A stretch of DNA of 64,000 nucleotides from an uncultured Victivallis sp. (GTDB taxonomy: Bacteria; Verrucomicrobiota; Lentisphaeria; Victivallales; Victivallaceae): positions 22,567 through 86,566 of the forward strand of contig CAYSZM010000002.1 of assembly GCA_964435365.1 (NCBI GenBank), given 5' to 3'. A model generated the notes under the pieces. That model did no database searches, was not told where the DNA came from, and saw only the letters and a program-made list of their open reading frames with translations. Each line of letters begins with the position of its first letter. Positions within the stretch are counted from its first letter, which is position 1. A program made the translations under genes and the position numbers. Shown here in pieces: positions 58,179-64,000 of this stretch.

Positions 58179-60553
58179 TGCGCTATCTTTACGACCGGGG
58201 AGAGGAAATTCCCCTTGAATTCGATTCCGTCCTGTACCGTCATTTTTCGCTCTCCGACGGGCAGGAGGTCGCACGGGGGAAGGCGGGCGAAACGCTCGCG
58301 CCTCCCCCGGCGGGCCACTACCTGATCCGGGAAATCCCGGCGCCGGGCGAAGACCGCCTCCGCTATCTCGGGGTGATCGGCGAACATACCACCGTCGTCC
58401 AGATCACCGTCGGCGCGTTCACCGCCGATACGTTCGAAGACGTGGTGCACGCCAACCGCGTTCCGGTCAATTACTACGTCGAGCCCGGACAGGTCGCCGT
58501 CGCCACCACCTTCCGCACATTCGAACAGGATTTCGGCGACGCGATCTATCCGCACGTCATGGCCAACCACATCGGCGAAATCGATTCGCGTTTCGCCCGG
58601 AACGACCCCAACTGGGAGTCGCTCGGCGTTCCGGAGATCGTCGAACGGCTCCGCGTTCTCGACGCCTTCTGGCGGAAACGCGGATTCGCCCCGCTCCACG
58701 GCATCGCCTCCTACACGCCGTCGAATTCACTCATCGCGGCGCTCAAGGAACTGGGCTGGAACGTGCTGCACTCGGTCGTCCCGGAACAGAACTGGTCCGA
58801 CGGCCGCTGGACGATCAACCACTGGGGAATGCCCAACCAGCCCTTCTACGTCGGTTCCGACGACTTCCGCAAGCCTTGCTCCCGAACGGAACGCAATGTG
58901 CTCGCCATGGGGATGAACTCCTACCACCTCTACATGCCGCACGTGACCCACTGGGGAGACAATGTGCTGTCGCCTTCGCACTTCCTGCGCTGGCACCGCA
59001 CGGTGGAGTCGGGGCCGGAGCCGGTGCGTTTCAAGGCGTTCCTCGACGATTATCTCGCCGCCCGTTCGACCGGGACGGAGCCGTTCTTCCTGATCGCCGG
59101 GTTCGAGTTCGGCCGCACCTTCGGCGTCCGCTCCATGACCCGCCACAACCGACGCGGACTGGAGCTGCTGATCGAAGCCGCCCGCGAACGCAATCTCGTT
59201 TTCGCCACCGGGCGCGACGTCGCGCTCTACTTCGAGGCGCGGCGGAGCGGTTACCCGGAGAACGTCTTCACCCAGCGCGATTACCTCGCCGGAACCCGCA
59301 TCATGGATAAGCCGGTCGACTCCGGCCCCTCCATCGGGATGGAGATGACCGAGTACAAGGCGGTCTTCGACCACCTGTCGCCCCTGCCGTTCTACCACTA
59401 CGATTACCGCGAACGCTGGACCTTCCGCGCCGGGGATGTCGACGCCCCGCACGATTACGCGAAGGAAGACCGGGAACGGGTCCGCATGGAAAACGGCACG
59501 GTCTTTGTCCGCGAACCGCTCCCGCGCGCCGTTCCGGTGGCGTTCTGGGACAGCGAACCGGTTGCGCCGGTTCCGTTCCGCACCTTCCGCCCGGCGAAAC
59601 TCGACGACGGCCGGAGCCACACCGTGGTCGAACTGCCCGCCGGGTGGTGCGGCGAATGGAAGCCGGAATTCCGGCGGGTTTCCGCCCCGGCCGAACTGGA
59701 AACGAAAGGGCTGCTGCGAGTCCGGAAAATCGGTGCATTCTGCTACGTCTACCCCGCGTTCCCGGTCACCCGCCCCTTCGCCGTCGGCTGGAAGGCGCCG
59801 CGCGCCTGTTGTGCCGCCACGCTCGGCCGGTTCTACGGCGAACTGGCCGCCGGGACGGAGCTTATGCTCGAATTCGACGCCCGCCGCCTCTGGTACCGGT
59901 TCGGCGGAGTCGAACCGGGCGAACTCCGCCCGGACGCCGCCGCGCAGGAAATCCTGGAGCGGGAAGCGGCCGAATCGGAACGTTTCTTCCGGGAAGCCGA
60001 ACGTCAACTGCCGGAGGAGCACAAGGCGTTCGACGACGCCTTTTCCGCCCTCCTGCCGCCCGGAGAAGAGACGGTGCTCGACATCGACTGCTTCGGCGAC
60101 AACCTCTTCGGCGAGAAGAGCCGGGCGAAGGCGTTCGACCGGATCGTGCGGCGGGAGCGCGGGCTCCAGGCCGAAGAACTTTCCGACGGCGGCATTTCGC
60201 TCGGGCACGGGAAATCGTTCTGGGTGCATCCGCGCACGCTCCATTTCGAGCTCTCGGGGCTCGGCGCACTGCGGGGGGCGTTTACAGTGACGCTTTACAA
60301 CGACAATCCGCACCGTTACCGCCTTGAGATGAAAAGCGGCGGCCGGGAAGTCGCCGCCGACCGGACGTGGGACTGCGAATGCGAAAAAGCGCTCCGCCTC
60401 ACGCTCGACGCCGGGGATTTCCCGGACGGAGTCGCCGATTTCTTTCTGCACAGCGACCAGATCGGGGTTCCGGACGACTGGTTCCGCGACGGCGGATTCT
60501 GCGCCACGCTCGAACGGCTGGCCGTCACCGTTCCGAAATCCGGCTTGCACTGA
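58178..60553 (+). CDS. Hypothetical protein, possible deacetylase/GH57-like barrel
   Basis: TAATG overlap sets the start at 58178. Host-like codon usage; HWGMPNQPFY motif. Confidence 0.55.
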   Translation: MRYLYDRGEEIPLEFDSVLYRHFSLSDGQEVARGKAGETLAPPPAGHYLIREIPAPGEDRLRYLGVIGEHTTVVQITVGAFTADTFEDVVHANRVPVNYYVEPGQVAVATTFRTFEQDFGDAIYPHVMANHIGEIDSRFARNDPNWESLGVPEIVERLRVLDAFWRKRGFAPLHGIASYTPSNSLIAALKELGWNVLHSVVPEQNWSDGRWTINHWGMPNQPFYVGSDDFRKPCSRTERNVLAMGMNSYHLYMPHVTHWGDNVLSPSHFLRWHRTVESGPEPVRFKAFLDDYLAARSTGTEPFFLIAGFEFGRTFGVRSMTRHNRRGLELLIEAARERNLVFATGRDVALYFEARRSGYPENVFTQRDYLAGTRIMDKPVDSGPSIGMEMTEYKAVFDHLSPLPFYHYDYRERWTFRAGDVDAPHDYAKEDRERVRMENGTVFVREPLPRAVPVAFWDSEPVAPVPFRTFRPAKLDDGRSHTVVELPAGWCGEWKPEFRRVSAPAELETKGLLRVRKIGAFCYVYPAFPVTRPFAVGWKAPRACCAATLGRFYGELAAGTELMLEFDARRLWYRFGGVEPGELRPDAAAQEILEREAAESERFFREAERQLPEEHKAFDDAFSALLPPGEETVLDIDCFGDNLFGEKSRAKAFDRIVRRERGLQAEELSDGGISLGHGKSFWVHPRTLHFELSGLGALRGAFTVTLYNDNPHRYRLEMKSGGREVAADRTWDCECEKALRLTLDAGDFPDGVADFFLHSDQIGVPDDWFRDGGFCATLERLAVTVPKSGLH

Positions 60554-60599
60554 CGCGATATTGTGAGTATGTTATGGAATAAACCGGGAGAATGGTGAA

Positions 60600-61775
60600 A
60601 TGAAACTTCGAAGCGTCATCATGCAGGGCGTTCTCGCCGCCGCCGTCGCCTTGTCGGCGGGCTGTGCGAGCCTCTGCCGCGAAAAACAGGGACAATATCC
60701 GGAAATGAAACAGGTCTTACAGAAACTCGAATCGGGGAAACGCCTCACCGTCGCCTACTTCGGCGGCTCGATCACCTGGGGGGCCACCGCCACCGACCCG
60801 ATGCGCACCTCATGGCGCGCGCTGCTCACTCAAATGCTGGAAAAAACCTACCCCGATGCGCACATCACCGCCGTCGACGCCGCCATCGGCGGCAAGGGCT
60901 CCGACCTCGGCGTGTTCCGGGTCGACCGCGACGTGATTCCCTATCACCCCGACCTCGCCTTCGTCGAATTCGCGGTCAACGACGGGGCCAACCCGGAGCG
61001 GGTGGAGTGCATGGAGGGCATCCTCCGCAAACTTCACCGGAGCAATCCGGAGATGGCGATCGCCGTCGTCATCACCGGCAGCGGCAAAACCGAGTTCAAG
61101 AGTCCGCGTGAAGAGGAGTACCGCAAGCTGGCGGAATACTACGGGCTGCCGGTCTTCAGCATCGTCCCCGAAGTTCAGGCGAAAATCGCGGCGGGCGAAT
61201 TCAAGCCGATGGATATCCTGACCGACGGAACCCACCCCAACGACCGCGGTTATAAGCTCTACGCCGACATCATCTTCCGCGAGCTGGAAGCGGCGTTCCA
61301 CGCCGACGGCCCGGCCGTCCCGTTCCCGGCAAAGTCGATGACCGCCAACCGGTTCGAATCGGCGCGGATGATCGAGCTCGCCTCGCTCCGTGCGCCGGGG
61401 TGGAAGACGGAAGTGCCTTCGGTCACCGGGGTGTGGTTCGACCACCAGCCGTCGCGCTGGCTCGACAGCGTGATCGTCCCGGAAACCAAGAACGCCGAGC
61501 TCTCGCTCGACCTCGACTGCACCGGCATCGGCGCTTATTTTGAGATGCTGCCCGGCGGCAGCAAGTTCGAACTCCTCGCCGACGGCGAACCGGCGGTCCG
61601 GGTCAACACCGTGTTTAAGCAGCAGTATCCGGGAATGGGCAACGCCTTCAAGCTCCTGCCGCCCCCGGAGAAACGCCGCAGGATCACCGTCAAGGCGGAA
61701 GGCGAAAAACTCCGCCTCGGCTATCTCTTGGTCACCGGAACGGAGACCGGTTTGCCGCCCCGCAAAATCCGGTAA
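60600..61775 (+). CDS. SGNH/GDSL esterase lipoprotein
   Basis: Lipobox LSAGC, FGGSITWG, AIGGKGS, VEFAVND, DGTHPN. Confidence 0.85.
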   Translation: MKLRSVIMQGVLAAAVALSAGCASLCREKQGQYPEMKQVLQKLESGKRLTVAYFGGSITWGATATDPMRTSWRALLTQMLEKTYPDAHITAVDAAIGGKGSDLGVFRVDRDVIPYHPDLAFVEFAVNDGANPERVECMEGILRKLHRSNPEMAIAVVITGSGKTEFKSPREEEYRKLAEYYGLPVFSIVPEVQAKIAAGEFKPMDILTDGTHPNDRGYKLYADIIFRELEAAFHADGPAVPFPAKSMTANRFESARMIELASLRAPGWKTEVPSVTGVWFDHQPSRWLDSVIVPETKNAELSLDLDCTGIGAYFEMLPGGSKFELLADGEPAVRVNTVFKQQYPGMGNAFKLLPPPEKRRRITVKAEGEKLRLGYLLVTGTETGLPPRKIR

Positions 61776-63220
61776 CTGGAGTTGCTCTTCAAGCCGGGGA
61801 AGCGCTCCACCGTGCCGTCCGGCCAGCGCACCTCGGCGGTCGCGTCGCCCTCCGCCTTGCCCAGCCCGAAGTGGCAGGCCAGTTCATTCTGGCTGCCGCA
61901 GCCGGTGCCCGCCTCGACCTGCCGCGTCTGGGGAAGGAAGCCCTCTCCGGTGAGCTTGACCACCGCGCCGATCGCCGCCGTGTTGGGGGCGCGGTCGGCG
62001 AGCGCAATCCGCAGGAAGTTCCCGGCCGGACCCACGTTCCGGTAGAGCCGCCCGCCGGTGAAGAGGTCGGGCCGCCCGTCATTGTCGAAATCGGCCCACG
62101 CCGCCTGGAAGGTGCGTTCACACTTGGTTCCTCCGGCGTCGGGAACGTCGGAGAATTTCCAGTTCCCCTCGTTGTGGAACAGCTTGCCGCGGTCGCCCTT
62201 GTAAATGGTTCCGAAAAAGAGATCGAGCCTGCCGTCGTTGTCGTAGTCGGCCGCTGCCGAACCGGCGTAGGACTCCTGCCACGGAACCGCCGCGTCGGCG
62301 GAGCGGTCGATGAAATGATACTCTTTCCCGGGGCCGCCGTTCTGCAGGAACATCGCCCGGTCCTGATACTTCGGCGGATGCGAGAAATTCCCGACGAAGA
62401 GGTCGAACAGCCCGTCGTTGTCGAAATCACCCCAGACCGCGCTGATGGTGTGTCCGCTCGAGGGATATTCCACCCCGAGTTCGGTTTTGAACTTCACATT
62501 CTGACGCATCGTTCCGGCTGCGCCGAATTCAGCGGCGCGGTTGACGAAATTGCCCTTGCCGTCGTTGACCCAGAGGAAGTTGGGCTGAAGCCGGTAGTTG
62601 CCGACGTAGACGTCGACCGCGCCGTCGTTGTTGAAATCGGCCGCGGTGACGCCGCCCCGGCTGCGCATGGTTTCCGGCTTGTCGGCGGTCCAGACGAGTT
62701 CGAGCTTGCCCTGATTGTTGCGGTAGCGGAAGTCGGCGAAACTCTGGTTTTTCTCCCAGATTTCGTAGCTGGAACCGTAGAGGTCGATCCAGCCGTCGCC
62801 GTCGAAATCGGCGGCGGCGGCGCCCATCGAGTGGGTGTTGGGAGTCTTCGCCATCTCTCCTTTGGTAAAGCCGAACTTGCCGTCGCCGAGCCACAACGCG
62901 CCGTCCCGGTTGGGGAACACGAGGTCGATGTGCCCGTCGCCGTTGAAATCCGCCGCCGTCGACGACCAGCCGAAGGGGGTCACGCCGGACTCTTTGGTGA
63001 CTTCGACGAATTTCTTCCCCTCAACATTGCGCCAGATGCGCCCCTGCACCACCAGGTCGCACCAGCCGTCGCCGTCGAGATCGACCCAGGTGACGCCGCC
63101 GTCGCGGCCGATTCCGGCCAGGCCGACGGCTTCGGTCACATCTTCAAAAAGAGGGGCGGCCGGGGCCGGAACGGCTCCGGTCAACAGCAGGGCGAAAACG
63201 GCGTTCTTCCAGAAATTCAT
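61721..63220 (-). CDS. CRTAC1-family protein (FG-GAP/VCBS repeats + ASPIC/UnbV C-terminus)
   Basis: Signal peptide, repeated DxDxDGxxD motifs, NTAAIGAVV, HFGLG, VRWPDG. Confidence 0.88.
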   Translation of the reverse strand: MNFWKNAVFALLLTGAVPAPAAPLFEDVTEAVGLAGIGRDGGVTWVDLDGDGWCDLVVQGRIWRNVEGKKFVEVTKESGVTPFGWSSTAADFNGDGHIDLVFPNRDGALWLGDGKFGFTKGEMAKTPNTHSMGAAAADFDGDGWIDLYGSSYEIWEKNQSFADFRYRNNQGKLELVWTADKPETMRSRGGVTAADFNNDGAVDVYVGNYRLQPNFLWVNDGKGNFVNRAAEFGAAGTMRQNVKFKTELGVEYPSSGHTISAVWGDFDNDGLFDLFVGNFSHPPKYQDRAMFLQNGGPGKEYHFIDRSADAAVPWQESYAGSAAADYDNDGRLDLFFGTIYKGDRGKLFHNEGNWKFSDVPDAGGTKCERTFQAAWADFDNDGRPDLFTGGRLYRNVGPAGNFLRIALADRAPNTAAIGAVVKLTGEGFLPQTRQVEAGTGCGSQNELACHFGLGKAEGDATAEVRWPDGTVERFPGLKSNSSYRILRGGKPVSVPVTKR

Positions 63221-63241
63221 TCACTTCCTCCGGGTTTTTGA

Positions 63242-63270
63242 ACCATACACGCGGACCGGAGGAAATGCAA
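63242..63270 (-). promoter_or_regulatory. Possible sigma70 promoter of the CRTAC1-like gene
   Basis: Minus strand TTGCAT-17 nt-TATGGT. Confidence 0.4.
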
Positions 63271-63287
63271 GTTCCCGAAGGGGAAAA

Positions 63288-64000
63288 TCACCCGAGGAAT
63301 GCTTTGGCGGGCAGGAACCCGCTGCGGCGGAAGGCTTCGTCGCAGAGGCGCACCACCTCCACCGCTCCTTCGATCCGGATCGGGAAGGGTTTGCCTTCGC
63401 GGATCGTCGCGTAGATGTGTTCGGCGATCTGCGGAACCGGCGGAATCTCCACCTTCTGCTCGATGAAAGTCAGTTTCTCGTCGAAATTGCCGTACTGCAT
63501 CGGCGGATTCTCCGGGTGCGGCGCAAGCGCCTTGAATTCGCAGGCCGGATCGACGAAGCGCATTTCGATCGCGCCGACGGCGGGGTCGTAAATCAAGGTG
63601 CCGCGTTCGCCGAGGATTTCGATTTCGCGCCCGGGTTTGGCGTTGGTTCCGGAGATTTCGAGGTCGGCGACCATGCCGTTCTCCGCCCGCAGCAGCAGTT
63701 TGACCTGGTCGTCGCCGTCGCCGATGCAGATGACCGAGCGGAGATCCGCCCAGACGTCCACGACGGGGGAACCGAGGTATTGCAGCGCCTGGTCGATCAC
63801 GTGCGGTCCCCAGTTGGTGAGGAGTCCGCCCGCGAATTCGGTCATGGTCATCCAGTCGTTGCGGCGGCAGTAGCCGCAGGCGCGATAGAGCTTGACCAGC
63901 GTGATTTTCCCGAGGACTCCGGTCGAAATGAGCTGCATCGCTTTCTGGAACGGGCCTTCGAAGCGGCGGTTCTGGCGCGGGAACAGTTTGCCGGGGTGCT
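63288..64000 (-). CDS. Gfo/Idh/MocA oxidoreductase (5' end outside window)
   Basis: QNRRF upstream of the listed ORF start, RRNDW, GGLLTNWGPHVIDQ, EILGERGT. Confidence 0.85.
   Translation of the reverse strand, partial: HPGKLFPRQNRRFEGPFQKAMQLISTGVLGKITLVKLYRACGYCRRNDWMTMTEFAGGLLTNWGPHVIDQALQYLGSPVVDVWADLRSVICIGDGDDQVKLLLRAENGMVADLEISGTNAKPGREIEILGERGTLIYDPAVGAIEMRFVDPACEFKALAPHPENPPMQYGNFDEKLTFIEQKVEIPPVPQIAEHIYATIREGKPFPIRIEGAVEVVRLCDEAFRRSGFLPAKAFLG

Noticed and set aside
62060-63090. Recurring GCCGTCG...AAATC nucleotide motifs suggesting a repeat array
   Set aside because: They encode FG-GAP DxDxDG protein repeats; irregular spacing, not CRISPR.

Overview
High-GC bacterial DNA, most consistent with a Lentisphaerae/Victivallales-type (PVC) genome. 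This is inferred from the sulfatase-rich CAZyme clusters and an H-X9-DG prepilin-like gene beside a LacI regulator. There are three blocks. (1) 1-7.7 kb, + strand: a glycan-degradation cluster (GH42-like beta-galactosidase, unknown TIM-barrel hydrolase, two Cys-type sulfatases, GH36/27-like galactosidase). (2) 8-48 kb: a visibly more AT-rich surface-polysaccharide locus. It contains fdtA/fdtB-like genes on + and about 32 co-oriented minus-strand genes, headed by a NusG paralog (UpxY/RfaH/LoaP-like) and closed by a 15-bp-stem terminator. Contents include Wzx, Wzy, many glycosyltransferases, gmd/fcl, rfbB, a WecA fusion, an MBOAT plus three AlgJ/X-like proteins, two FrhB-like Fe-S proteins, a GT-C gene split by an in-frame amber codon and an internally deleted wecB. 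The region upstream of the NusG paralog holds two tandem terminator-like hairpins and two further inverted repeats. (3) 49-64 kb: two orphan phage-tail-like genes, a terminator followed by a group IIC intron 5' fragment, tRNA-Arg(CCT) with a structured leader, and a LacI-pilin-GH2-like catabolic locus with a perfect operator palindrome. An SGNH lipoprotein, a CRTAC1-like protein and a truncated Gfo/Idh/MocA oxidoreductase end the window. No CRISPR array, integrase or transposase was seen. All family calls are by motif recognition only; no database searches were run.
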